Program-made: the position numbers and the translations under genes | Virus record (IMG/VR): IMGVR_UViG_3300043120_000039 | Span: 32,001 to 96,000 of that record | Strand: one strand, 5' to 3' | Length of the DNA stretch: 64,000 nt | DNA from: a virus | Taxonomy: Duplodnaviria; Caudoviricetes | Notes under the pieces: generated by a model | What the model was told of the DNA's origin: nothing | What the model saw: the letters and a program-made list of their open reading frames with translations, nothing else | Database searches by the model: none | Shown here: positions 19,124 to 28,279 of the stretch, in pieces | How the letters are laid out: the number at the start of each line of letters is the position of its first letter | Position numbering within the stretch: position 1 is the stretch's first letter

Positions 19124-19696
19124 ATGTTTGGAAGAAAATTTAACACAGAAGAACAAGATATTTGGGTAACAAGTGATTTACATTTTGACCATGGTAATAT
19201 TTTACACTTCTGTCCAAAAACACGTAATTTCAAGAATACTAATTCCATGAATGAGGCTTTGATTACCGAATGGAATACTAAGGTTAAACCAGAAGATTAC
19301 ATTATCCATCTTGGAGATTTCTGCTTTAAAGGTGTGGAGGTAACAAGTAGCTTCTTACAACGCTTGAATGGTAAGAAAATTATGATCCATGGAAATCATG
19401 ACAAATCACTACGTAATGGTATTGCTGATGGTAAGTTTGGTATTGTCTGGAAAGGTGATTATCTTGAGATACAGATTGATAAACAAAAAGTAGTTCTATG
19501 CCACTACCCCCTCACCACTTGGAATAATGCTGGGCGGGGAAGTTTACAATTGTTCGGCCACTGTCACGGGTCTCTTCCTGAACCTAAAGGTAGACAAATT
19601 GATGTTGGGTATGATAATCTTGGTGAAATTAAGAACATTAAAGAAATTATGAAGATTCTTAACAAGAAAGAAATTTATTCACCTGACCAACACTAG
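19124..19696 (+). CDS. calcineurin-like metallophosphoesterase
   Basis: SDLHF, HLGDF, GNHD, HYP, GHCH. Confidence 0.92.
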   Translation: MFGRKFNTEEQDIWVTSDLHFDHGNILHFCPKTRNFKNTNSMNEALITEWNTKVKPEDYIIHLGDFCFKGVEVTSSFLQRLNGKKIMIHGNHDKSLRNGIADGKFGIVWKGDYLEIQIDKQKVVLCHYPLTTWNNAGRGSLQLFGHCHGSLPEPKGRQIDVGYDNLGEIKNIKEIMKILNKKEIYSPDQH

Positions 19697-19706
19697 GAGA
19701 ACTAAT

Positions 19707-20600
19707 ATGAAATTAGATGTATCTGACCTTATCGAAAAGGGTCTAGTTATTAAGAAAACTTACACCGAAGGTAAATATAAAGGTTTGTCAGTCCTTAAAT
19801 ATCATCGAAAGGTTTTCTACAATAATCTGTGGCATATTGACGAGCGACTGCTTGAATGCCGAGGAACTGTTGTAGATGAAGCTTGGAATGTTATTGTACT
19901 GCCTTTCCGTAAGGTGTTTAATTTTGGTGAGAATGGAACAACTGTTGACCCTGAGCAAGTGGTGATCTGTCCTCGTAAAGTAAACGGTTATATGCTTTCT
20001 GTAACTTATAATAAAGCTTATGGTTATATTGTATCTACAACAGGAAGTCTTGATTCTGAGTATGTTAAACTTGGTGAAGAGTGGCTAGAAACAATTAACA
20101 AGGATGCTCTATATGAAGAAGGTGTTACCCATATATTTGAAGTTTGCGATAAACGTGACCCTCACATTGTAGAGGAAAATGAAGGTATTTATCTAATAGG
20201 ACGTAGGTATCATGACACAGGTAAAATGTCATCAGAATATTTTCTAAATGGGCTATCCAAGGCTGCTGAATGTAGGCGTGGTGAGTTGTGGGTAGGTAAA
20301 TTTAAAGATCTACCTACTGACGTTAATCATGAGGGGTATATGGTTAAGGATTACTTCACAGAAGAGGTTCTTTGTAAATTAAAATCACCACACTACCTCT
20401 CTAAGAAAGCAATTATGCGTCTTGGTAAAGCTAAAGTGGACATTTTGTTTGATAAACCAGACTTGTTTAAACAACGAATTGATGAAGAATTTTATGAGTT
20501 CGTAGACTATCTTGCAGAAAATGTTGACAAGGAAGTATGGCGTTCTTATAATGATCAACAACGACGAGAATTTATTGAGAGGTATTATTATGGAGAATAA
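19707..20600 (+). CDS. RNA ligase 1 (T4 Rnl1-like)
   Basis: ECRG, KVFNFGE, KVNG, FE, EGY, KLKS. Confidence 0.88.
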   Translation: MKLDVSDLIEKGLVIKKTYTEGKYKGLSVLKYHRKVFYNNLWHIDERLLECRGTVVDEAWNVIVLPFRKVFNFGENGTTVDPEQVVICPRKVNGYMLSVTYNKAYGYIVSTTGSLDSEYVKLGEEWLETINKDALYEEGVTHIFEVCDKRDPHIVEENEGIYLIGRRYHDTGKMSSEYFLNGLSKAAECRRGELWVGKFKDLPTDVNHEGYMVKDYFTEEVLCKLKSPHYLSKKAIMRLGKAKVDILFDKPDLFKQRIDEEFYEFVDYLAENVDKEVWRSYNDQQRREFIERYYYGE

Positions 20601-20601
20601 A

Positions 20602-21018
20602 ATGACTAAGAAAACTTTATATATTCTAAGAGGACTACCATCTAGCGGAAAGACAACTTTAGCTAAAACCTTGGAAATTTCCTTACAGGATTGTATTGCA
20701 TATGCAGCAGATGATTTTCATTATGATGACCAAGGGAATTATAATTGGAAACCAGAAAATGTTCATTTAGCTCATAAGTGGTGTCAAGACAGTGTTATGG
20801 TTTGTATGGATGCTGGTGTAGCTAATATTGTGGTTCATAATACATCGACATCTGAAAAAGAACTAAAACCATATACATCTATGGCTAATGCTTATGGATA
20901 TAAAGTTGTAAGTCTGATTATAGAAAAACGTCACAGTAATAAGAACAATCACAATGTTCCAGAAGATGTTGTTAATAAAATGGAAGAACGTTTACAGCAT
21001 AGTTTAAAATTACGTTGA
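20602..21018 (+). CDS. polynucleotide kinase-like P-loop protein
   Basis: LRGLPSSGKTT, ADD, HNVP. Confidence 0.85.
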   Translation: MTKKTLYILRGLPSSGKTTLAKTLEISLQDCIAYAADDFHYDDQGNYNWKPENVHLAHKWCQDSVMVCMDAGVANIVVHNTSTSEKELKPYTSMANAYGYKVVSLIIEKRHSNKNNHNVPEDVVNKMEERLQHSLKLR

Positions 21019-21025
21019 TATAATA

Positions 21026-21062
21026 AAAGAAACCCCTTCCAAAACGGAAGGGGTTGTGTTTG
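21026..21062. terminator. bidirectional terminator
   Basis: AACCCCTTCC-AAAAC-GGAAGGGGTT flanked by A and T tracts. Confidence 0.85.
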
Positions 21063-21210
21063 AGAGGAGAATAATTATCACATAGAGTGACTATTCTTTT
21101 ATGACACTTATATTCTTGTGTATAAGATGTTGAGGAGGAGTCAGTTTTATAGAAAGGTTATTGTTGCTATAAACTATTCTTGCACAAATATTATTACTTG
21201 TCAATAAGAA

Positions 21211-21600
21211 TTAATCTTCAGAATTGAAATCTAAGCAAATTAAACCATTTGTACCATTTGCTTTAGATTCTACCTTTTCAGAAGTTTCACCACTTTCAGA
21301 AGATTCTTCATCTTCAGTTTCATAGTAATCATTAAGGAACTTATCTGCCATATCAAGATGAAACTTAATTGCCATTACACGATCCTTGATACCTGCTTTA
21401 GCAAAGTCACCTTTACCTTTTGCAAGTTCTTCCATCATCAAGTAATAGGCTTCCAAATCCTTAGCTGTTTGAGCATGAACCTTATCTTGAACATGTTGAA
21501 TAGCATTCAAAACACTTTTGAAATTGCCTGCTGCTGGACGTGGTTGACGACCTCGTTCCTTTTCCTGATTACGTGCTTCTACTTGCTTCTTAGTAGCCAT
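21211..21600 (-). CDS. hypothetical protein, possibly terminase small subunit
   Basis: basic N-terminus RGRQPR, helical core, acidic tail; function is inference only. Confidence 0.4.
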   Translation of the reverse strand: MATKKQVEARNQEKERGRQPRPAAGNFKSVLNAIQHVQDKVHAQTAKDLEAYYLMMEELAKGKGDFAKAGIKDRVMAIKFHLDMADKFLNDYYETEDEESSESGETSEKVESKANGTNGLICLDFNSED

Positions 21601-21642
21601 AATTTACCTCTTATATCTTATCTTACATCTGTAAGAATAATT

Positions 21643-21828
21643 TTAATAATCATCCCGTTCACCAACATAGAATTGCTCTGTCAAATGTGAATGTTCATAA
21701 TCACGACTTGTGTATGCATAATCATATTCACTTGGGCGACGACAACTTGGGCAAAATTGATAGTGTTCATCTGGAGCATTATCTGATGCTGGGAAAGCAA
21801 AGAATTTAAAACATGAGCCGCATTGCAT
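21643..21828 (-). CDS. small zinc-ribbon protein
   Basis: CGSC...CPSC; GGAGG SD. Confidence 0.6.
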   Translation of the reverse strand: MQCGSCFKFFAFPASDNAPDEHYQFCPSCRRPSEYDYAYTSRDYEHSHLTEQFYVGERDDY

Positions 21829-21846
21829 ACGACCTCCTAATATTTG

Positions 21847-22389
21847 TTATTGGTTCTTTGATTTTCTCAAAAGTTCAGCAGTGATTTCATTTTTATCTTT
21901 GCTACCTTTTGAAGAACCAAAAAAGAATTGAATAATACCGCTTATAATAGTCGCGAGAAGAAAACCTAGCGTGGTATCAGCGAACCTTACAGCGCTTTCT
22001 GGTACAGTGAAAAATGTAATACCTACCAGATAAATCATTGCGAAAATAGACCAAGCAGAAGCAAAATAGTAGATAAACCTTTTACTGAAAATATCCTCTT
22101 GACGTAAAGCTTCCTTCTGCATATCACGAGCATCTTTTTTATCTGCTAGATACATTTCGTCAAGACGGTGTTTGTCAGCAAGAACAGCTTCTTGAAATTT
22201 CAATGCTACATTTGGGTCTGTACTGATTGCTTCTAATGCTTTATTCTTATCAGAGATACCAGTAACGCTTGATGCAATGTCTAATACTTCTGATGTCATT
22301 TGTTCTGCTTTGTCACCACCAAACCATCCAGCAACATCTGGTAATAGTTTAACTAGTGAGGGGATTGCCATTGCTAATAATGGTGCCAT
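21847..22389 (-). CDS. putative holin (3TM/GTA-holin-like)
   Basis: D..DAR..Q motif, two C-terminal TM helices, FFFGSSKGS. Confidence 0.7.
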   Translation of the reverse strand: MAPLLAMAIPSLVKLLPDVAGWFGGDKAEQMTSEVLDIASSVTGISDKNKALEAISTDPNVALKFQEAVLADKHRLDEMYLADKKDARDMQKEALRQEDIFSKRFIYYFASAWSIFAMIYLVGITFFTVPESAVRFADTTLGFLLATIISGIIQFFFGSSKGSKDKNEITAELLRKSKNQ

Positions 22390-22469
22390 TTTAAAATAAT
22401 CCTGTTTTATTATTGATAGTCTATTGTAGCATGAATAAGCACTATTATCAATTAGATTATTTTAGATAA

Positions 22470-22500
22470 AATAAAACCCCACGCAAAGGTGAGGTTGTTT
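22470..22500 (-). terminator. terminator after Hsp20 gene
   Basis: AACCTCACC-loop-GTGGGGTT followed by T tract on minus strand. Confidence 0.7.
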
Positions 22501-22513
22501 ATTAAATCAACTT

Positions 22514-22930
22514 TTATTCAATACTAATAGTTTTTGGAAGTTCTTCTTCTGGGATAATCTTGTTAAGATAAATCTTAAGTAACCCATCTTCAAGTTTACT
22601 TGAACAAACTTCAACGCCTTTTTGAAGAGTAAAACTTCGAGTGAATTTACTACGTTTGATTGTAGATTCAAGAGTTGATTCATAACCGTCTTCAACTTGA
22701 TCAGAAGGTTTACCTTTTACAGTAAGAATATTCTTCTCAAGCTTAATTTCAATATCTCCTCTCTTATATCCTGCAAGTGCAAGTTCAATAACATATTTAT
22801 CTGATTTGAACTTTTTGATTGAATAAGGTGGGAAGATGGAATTGTTTGTGAATCTTAAAGTATCATTTGCATGATTACCAAAAGAAAAATCAAACAGTGT
22901 GAATAGGTCACGTTCAAAAGTAGAAAGCAT
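22514..22930 (-). CDS. small heat-shock protein (Hsp20/IbpA-like)
   Basis: FPPYSI, IELALAGY, FTRSFTL, LEDGLLKI. Confidence 0.92.
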   Translation of the reverse strand: MLSTFERDLFTLFDFSFGNHANDTLRFTNNSIFPPYSIKKFKSDKYVIELALAGYKRGDIEIKLEKNILTVKGKPSDQVEDGYESTLESTIKRSKFTRSFTLQKGVEVCSSKLEDGLLKIYLNKIIPEEELPKTISIE

Positions 22931-22996
22931 AATAAGTCTCCTTATTTATGTTAATGTTTATGAGCAATATCTCTATTGTCCCAGGTTAAGTGAAAG

Positions 22997-23629
22997 AAAC
23001 CCTCTTACAAAACCATGTAGCTCACAATCTTGATAAGAGGGTTTGGTTAAAATCGGCACGTCTACCTAGACATTCACAGTGTCTTACCTCTGGCTCCGAA
23101 GAGTCTCAAACTTGCCTTGCGGCTAACATTACCACTAAACCTTATAACGTAGTCCGTGGTCAAGACTCCGGTTTTACTCTCAACGAATCCAATATCATGC
23201 AAAAATATCGGAGGAGAAAGTACCATACTTCAAAGTGTTGCCTCACCTTCTCATAACGGCTATGGTTAACCTGATTTCTAAGACCAATCGTGAAATATTG
23301 AAGTCACAGTTTACTCTGCCAAGTCGTGATTGATGTCTATTTAAACTCGCTTCATCTACTTGGAGCAACCCGAGTTGTCAGCCTTCAATAAGACAAGGTT
23401 AGTGACTGACACGCTTCCTTGAATAAAGTAACACCTTAAACCAAAATCTCTTGTGAACAACGATGGTAGTCGTGAGAATTGTCCAGATCTTGTGTGAAAA
23501 GTGTTAAAATTAAAAGCTCTATTGATACAATCATCCGGTAGCGACACATTCCGATTATATCCATGAGTTGAGCCACTTCTCATGCGCCTTGCTATAACAA
23601 CTTCGGTCCCAAGGTCGAATCTTTTCTAT
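22997..23629 (-). ncRNA. large (~600 nt) highly structured non-coding RNA, ROOL/GOLLD-class candidate
   Basis: own promoter and terminator, elevated GC, more than 12 helices, GCAA and UUCG tetraloops, no credible ORF. Confidence 0.75.
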
Positions 23630-23635
23630 ACTTTA

Positions 23636-23665
23636 ATCTTAGCAGTTATTGTTTACTTTTGTCAA
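23636..23665 (-). promoter_or_regulatory. sigma70-type promoter of the large ncRNA
   Basis: TTGACA-18-TAAGAT with extended -10 TG. Confidence 0.75.
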
Positions 23666-23837
23666 GCAGAGTCTTAACGAAATCTACCAAGCTACAGACG
23701 ATCATAAATGCTACGAAAAAGAAATCAAAAGTATCGTCCTTCGTATTGAAATGGAAGTCTCCTGTAAACATACCAACTAATAGTAGTACTGCTGCAATCG
23801 AACCTAAAATATTAATAGTTTTTGAAATCATAATCAA
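23646..23837 (-). CDS. small membrane protein
   Basis: two TM segments. Confidence 0.6.
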   Translation of the reverse strand: MIMISKTINILGSIAAVLLLVGMFTGDFHFNTKDDTFDFFFVAFMIVCSLVDFVKTLLDKSKQ

Positions 23838-24788
23838 TTCTCCTCTAAAATTTTAATTTTATTAAAATACACACTTTTCACATCATCAATGAAATCTTTG
23901 AAAGTAGTTCCCATTCCAACATAGTGTAGTGGTACACATTCAATATAAGCATCAATTAACATTTTAAGCTTATCATCATCTTGTGTAGAATTCAACTCTT
24001 GTCGCCAAATAATTTCTGTTACACGAGAATGTTTGATTATATCAAGTTTAGTTAGTGGTTTATTCAAAATCAAGTACCTCTTTCAAATCGTCTAACATTT
24101 TCAAGATAACTTTATCACTTTCTTCTACATCGCGCAAGTATTTATTAATAGTAAATGAATGCGATGAATAAAGTTCCTCTTCCACAAACCATTTCTCATC
24201 TTTGATGAAAGCCTCTTGTGGAAGGTTAATTTTCTGATAAAGTTTATGTTTTGTCAACAAGTAAATATCCTTTTCATCAAGATTTTGTTTTGCTTGATGA
24301 AGAAGTTCCAACTTTGTGACAGAAACTGTGACTTCTTGAGAATGTGTTGCTTTAAGTTTTATTGTCATAACCCTAACACCCTGTCACCAATATCCATTTC
24401 TAACATAATGTTGCACACTTCTTCAAAAGCTTTGAACTGATCTTCTGGAATATAATAATCAATTTCTCTAAGAGTAACATTTGTTTGCTCATATTTAAAA
24501 CCAGCAAACACATAATGTACTAACAATTTATAAGCTTCTTTAGTTTGTGATGGATTTACAAAATTAATAATTTTCATCAATCAACACCTTTAATTTAATC
24601 AGACAATCTTCTCCTGCTGAACATTTCACTACAAACTCTGGATTCTGCACAGCATGTTTATAAGCTATACCTTCATACAAGTCCATAGCGAGCTGTTCTA
24701 CAGCAAGATAATAACCTTCATACCTTTCAAAACAATAAATTTCCATTTCATTTATCATAAGCTCACTCCTCAAACCAACCAATTGCAC
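23834..24788 (-). CDS. run of four small overlapping hypothetical ORFs (23834-24073, 24060-24368, 24365-24580, 24564-24788)
   Basis: co-oriented ORFs with overlapping start/stop codons. Confidence 0.55.
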
Positions 24789-25041
24789 ACTCTGTGTTAG
24801 GTTCTACTTCTGTAAAACCTCTGTCAACATGAATATGATATAACGCGTCCTTGTTGTCAAGACAATATTGTTTATATTCTTCAAACTTCTTATCGCTTGC
24901 TGTAAGGACAACTACAACATCATCCCAAGCATCTGTGTCACCACAAACTTTACCAAGCTCTTTACCGATATGTGTACACACAGCAGCAAGTTTTTGTGGT
25001 GAGAGTTTAAGGCTCTTTCGGTAATAGATTTTAATTTTCAT
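24763..25041 (-). CDS. peptidyl-tRNA hydrolase type 2 (PTH2-like)
   Basis: RKSLKLSPQKLAAVCTH, VVL, DRGFTEVEPNT..AIG. Confidence 0.8.
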   Translation of the reverse strand: MKIKIYYRKSLKLSPQKLAAVCTHIGKELGKVCGDTDAWDDVVVVLTASDKKFEEYKQYCLDNKDALYHIHVDRGFTEVEPNTECAIGWFEE

Positions 25042-25485
25042 GAAATCTCCTCTCTGATTTTCATAAGTAATTTACCAAGATTGTTTTCACCTTCATTAGT
25101 TTTAAGACTTACACCCCAAAAGATATCATTCCACCAATTCATTTCTACAAGTTCTACATCTCTAGTCTCGATGAGTTTTTGACGTAGAATTGGGTTATGT
25201 TCAGAGAACTTATATCTTAAACTATATTCCATAACATTGATTTTAACTTCATCCCAATCCGATCTCCATTCATGTTTGAGAGAATTGACATATTTCTTCA
25301 AACCTTTGCTTGGGTGATTAGATATCTCTTTCCTATGTACACTACCTTTATCAAATTTCATTGCTTGGTAAAAGTGTTCATTTGTGGTAAAGGTTAGTCC
25401 AAAGTAAAACATTGGTTTTTTCGAAATATGTAAAGTTTGATAAGAATGAGAATTCTTCTCTGAAACCTTTTTCTGTTTGGTTCAT
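25038..25485 (-). pseudogene. NADAR (YbiA-like) ADP-ribosylhydrolase, frameshifted at an A6 tract
   Basis: GFREEFSFLSNF in frame from ATG 25485; EHFYQAMKF, W..W..VK, KF, D.FWG, GENNLGKLLMKIR in another frame; removing one A at 25416-25421 joins them (148 aa). Confidence 0.8.
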
Positions 25486-26126
25486 AAATCTTTAGTCTCC
25501 AGTCCATATTTAATGTCGTGTTCTAACTTTAATTTTATCCTATTCAACCCGAATAGAACTCTATCTTCTGTTGTATCATCTATAAACTCTATAACCCTAT
25601 CCAATTTAGCTTTTTGCCATTGCAAATGTGCTTCCTCTGGAGTGCTAAAGTATCCTAAACTTTTAGACTTACCTTTATAACAAATACCCGCCCTGAAAGA
25701 ATTATTCCACCTGTAATAGTTCACACCTATAGGATAATTACCTCTAGTCTTATCACTAAGGGTTAGGAATGTATTTAAATCTCTGCTTATAAAGATACAA
25801 GTATCCGGTGAATACTCTTTATTATTCTCTATAAGTAAATCTTTATCAAGCACTTTATTCTCCCAATCTTGTAATTCCATCCATGCCTTAAAGTTTGAGA
25901 ATAATTTCCATTCATCACATATGTAACAATCCCTGTAAGTTTCCTTAAGTTTATGATAGGCTGGAGAGTAACATCTTTGTAAGATGTTGTGCCATTTTAA
26001 ATGGTAAGGACATTGCCATAAAAGTTTAGATTTATTAATACCGTCTTCAGTTTTCCATCTAATCCTTTCCTCCTGTTTATAATCAGCATTGTTTATGCCT
26101 ACCCCAAAAACTAATCTTTTACTCAT
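25482..26126 (-). CDS. free-standing HNH-type homing endonuclease
   Basis: W.NILQRCY, W..FSNF..W, LDKDLL...NK.YSP.TC. Confidence 0.85.
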   Translation of the reverse strand: MSKRLVFGVGINNADYKQEERIRWKTEDGINKSKLLWQCPYHLKWHNILQRCYSPAYHKLKETYRDCYICDEWKLFSNFKAWMELQDWENKVLDKDLLIENNKEYSPDTCIFISRDLNTFLTLSDKTRGNYPIGVNYYRWNNSFRAGICYKGKSKSLGYFSTPEEAHLQWQKAKLDRVIEFIDDTTEDRVLFGLNRIKLKLEHDIKYGLETKDL

Positions 26127-27532
26127 ATCAAACTCTTCTCCTTACAATATTTCCAAAATTTAATTGATTCCTCAGATACTTTCACATGAAAAGGTTTAAC
26201 TTGCTGTTTAAGGTGAATTTTGTTAATGTCAACACCTCTACTTAATCCAAGATACAAAAAGTTTGTCGCAAAGTCTCCCATCTTTTTCCAAGTGTATAAG
26301 TAATCTTCTCCAAGGTCAATAATATAATCTGTGCTAATTGTAAGCCCTTGTGACTTCATAATGGAAATACTTGAACTAGGTAGTACAGGCAGACACACCA
26401 TAGAACCAAGAATTTTCTCTTTAACTTTGGTTGTGATTTCACCAGATTCTTTATCAACAACATCTTCTGTGTAGACTTCTTTGTTTTGCCATTCGTTTAA
26501 AGTTACATATTCTTCTTTTCCTGAGTGGTCAAACTTAATATAACAACCTTCACTATCCGCAAGAGTTACAATTCCTGTGCTACCATTACTCCATCTACCA
26601 TATTCTTCATTGGTGATTGTCATAACTTTCAAACCTTTACAAATAGTCACCCCATTTTCTCTTACCAAAGTGTCTTTGATATTGAAATCGCCTTGTATTA
26701 AAGCAGGAAAATGAAACTTTTCATTTGGGTTATTGTTTAACACACTTTCGTTAATACTATCAACTTGTTTATTGGTAGCTGCAAGATAAATCCACTCAGG
26801 GTTATATTGATTGCTTTGACGTTTATTTAACCACTTGAAGCATTTATCAAAACGTTCTTTCTGGTTGTATCTGATCACATCAAGGCAAGCTTTGAAAACT
26901 TTATCTTCTTGGCGCTCGACTTTATCTAGAACATAGTACTCAAAATTAAATCTACCCCATACAGACGATTCAAACATCAAATGTGAACCCCATCGAGATT
27001 TTAGTTCAGCCTTCAAATCATCATCTGCAATAGTTACAGATTGTCCTGTATCACCTACCAAGACTAAACGAATATTACGCTTCTTACGTTTACGGTATTT
27101 TCGATTAAACCTTTCCAATCTCCTCCAAATAACATCTAGATTATCAGAGTTCAATAAGAAAGCTTCATCTATCAAAATAATCTTAATCTTATCTGAACCA
27201 CCTAATAAACCTGAAGATTTGGAAGAAACTTTCTTGTAGTCATACTCTGTAGCAGGTTTAATTGGTAGTGAAAGATAAGCGTGTGCTGTCCCATATGAGC
27301 AAGATAAGTTTTGGGAAGCTACCCCTGTACTACAGAAAACAGCTAACTCTTCACCATACCACTTTTTGAGAAGTTTAATCATCTCCCCTTTTCCAACACC
27401 AGCAAGACCTTGGAGAATTCCATGCCTGTTGCTTGAAATGAATTTGTGTAAAAACATTTGTTGTTTTTCATTCAAAGGTACTGATGCTGAAGCAATTAAA
27501 TCATTAACACTCTGCAACTTTTCATCAATCAC
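26123..27532 (-). CDS. SF1B helicase (Pif1/RecD/Dda-like); probable GTG start at 27532
   Basis: GLAGVGKG, STGVA, IDEA, GDTGQ, RQ, NGSTG, KSQGLT, YLGLSR. Confidence 0.88.
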   Translation of the reverse strand: MIDEKLQSVNDLIASASVPLNEKQQMFLHKFISSNRHGILQGLAGVGKGEMIKLLKKWYGEELAVFCSTGVASQNLSCSYGTAHAYLSLPIKPATEYDYKKVSSKSSGLLGGSDKIKIILIDEAFLLNSDNLDVIWRRLERFNRKYRKRKKRNIRLVLVGDTGQSVTIADDDLKAELKSRWGSHLMFESSVWGRFNFEYYVLDKVERQEDKVFKACLDVIRYNQKERFDKCFKWLNKRQSNQYNPEWIYLAATNKQVDSINESVLNNNPNEKFHFPALIQGDFNIKDTLVRENGVTICKGLKVMTITNEEYGRWSNGSTGIVTLADSEGCYIKFDHSGKEEYVTLNEWQNKEVYTEDVVDKESGEITTKVKEKILGSMVCLPVLPSSSISIMKSQGLTISTDYIIDLGEDYLYTWKKMGDFATNFLYLGLSRGVDINKIHLKQQVKPFHVKVSEESIKFWKYCKEKSLI

Positions 27533-28015
27533 AATTCTCCTCCAAAGTATGATCAAGCGCCCCAAAAGCACCTTCTTCACGAATCAACTTTTCTGGATAA
27601 AGCCCTACCTCTATCAAAATTCCATTTTCTTCAAGAAGATTAATCCCGATAGTATTCACTTGCACAAAATTATCTACATCATCAAAATGTGTATGCAAAT
27701 GTACAATAGGTACATCTTCCAGTGCAAGTAATTGTCTTGCTAGTTCATGTGTTGTCATTTAAGTTTATCCTCTCTGATCACTCTTTCTGCCTCACGCCAT
27801 GTACAGAGACTGTTTTCCTTACAATAAATATCCCACATACTAAGGCAATATCTTTTAACAGGTAGAGTTTTGTAAAAGTTTAAGAAGAACCTTTTCTTAG
27901 GTATGTACAAATTTTCATGGTGTTCGTGTTTAATAATTTTGTACTTTTGTAGTAATAATATGCAGAATATATCTACAACTACGAGTAATGTCAATACAAT
28001 TAAAATTATATCCAT
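27525..28015 (-). CDS. two small hypothetical ORFs (27525-27758; 27755-28015, membrane-anchored)
   Basis: ATGA overlap, SD. Confidence 0.55.
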
Positions 28016-28033
28016 AATACCTCCTATTTCTAA

Positions 28034-28116
28034 CTGAGAGCCTTTCTCAGACGTTTTAACCTTTAAAATGGATAATCACCTTAGTAAATATCAAATCTTC
28101 TCTAAGAGCTTGTGAG
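28034..28116. repeat. dispersed ~83-bp element, copy 3
   Basis: CTGAGAG..ACGTTTTAACCT..CCTTAGT..TCTTCTCTAAGAGCTT. Confidence 0.6.
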
Positions 28117-28279
28117 AAGTTAATCCATCAATGCCATATAAATCATACTATCTGCTTCTTCAAGACGTTCCTTTGCATCAACTAAATATTCTGTATACTC
28201 AGGATGTTCTTTTATAGCATAATTAATCTTTGCTTGCAAGTATTCTAAGTCTTGCATGAGTTCTTGTAGTAAAGTCATT

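Noticed and set aside
22931-22996. sigma32 promoter for the Hsp20 gene
   Set aside because: No TTGAAA/CCCCAT boxes seen.
22990-23583. ORFs 22990-23256 (+) and 23356-23583 (-)
   Set aside because: No SD, atypical codon and amino-acid usage, and they overlap the structured RNA; likely chance ORFs.
22990-23640. tRNA cluster, tmRNA or CRISPR array in the non-coding gap
   Set aside because: No TTCGAA T-arm cloverleaf with CCA end and no regularly spaced direct repeats. I saw no tRNA or CRISPR array anywhere in the window by eye.
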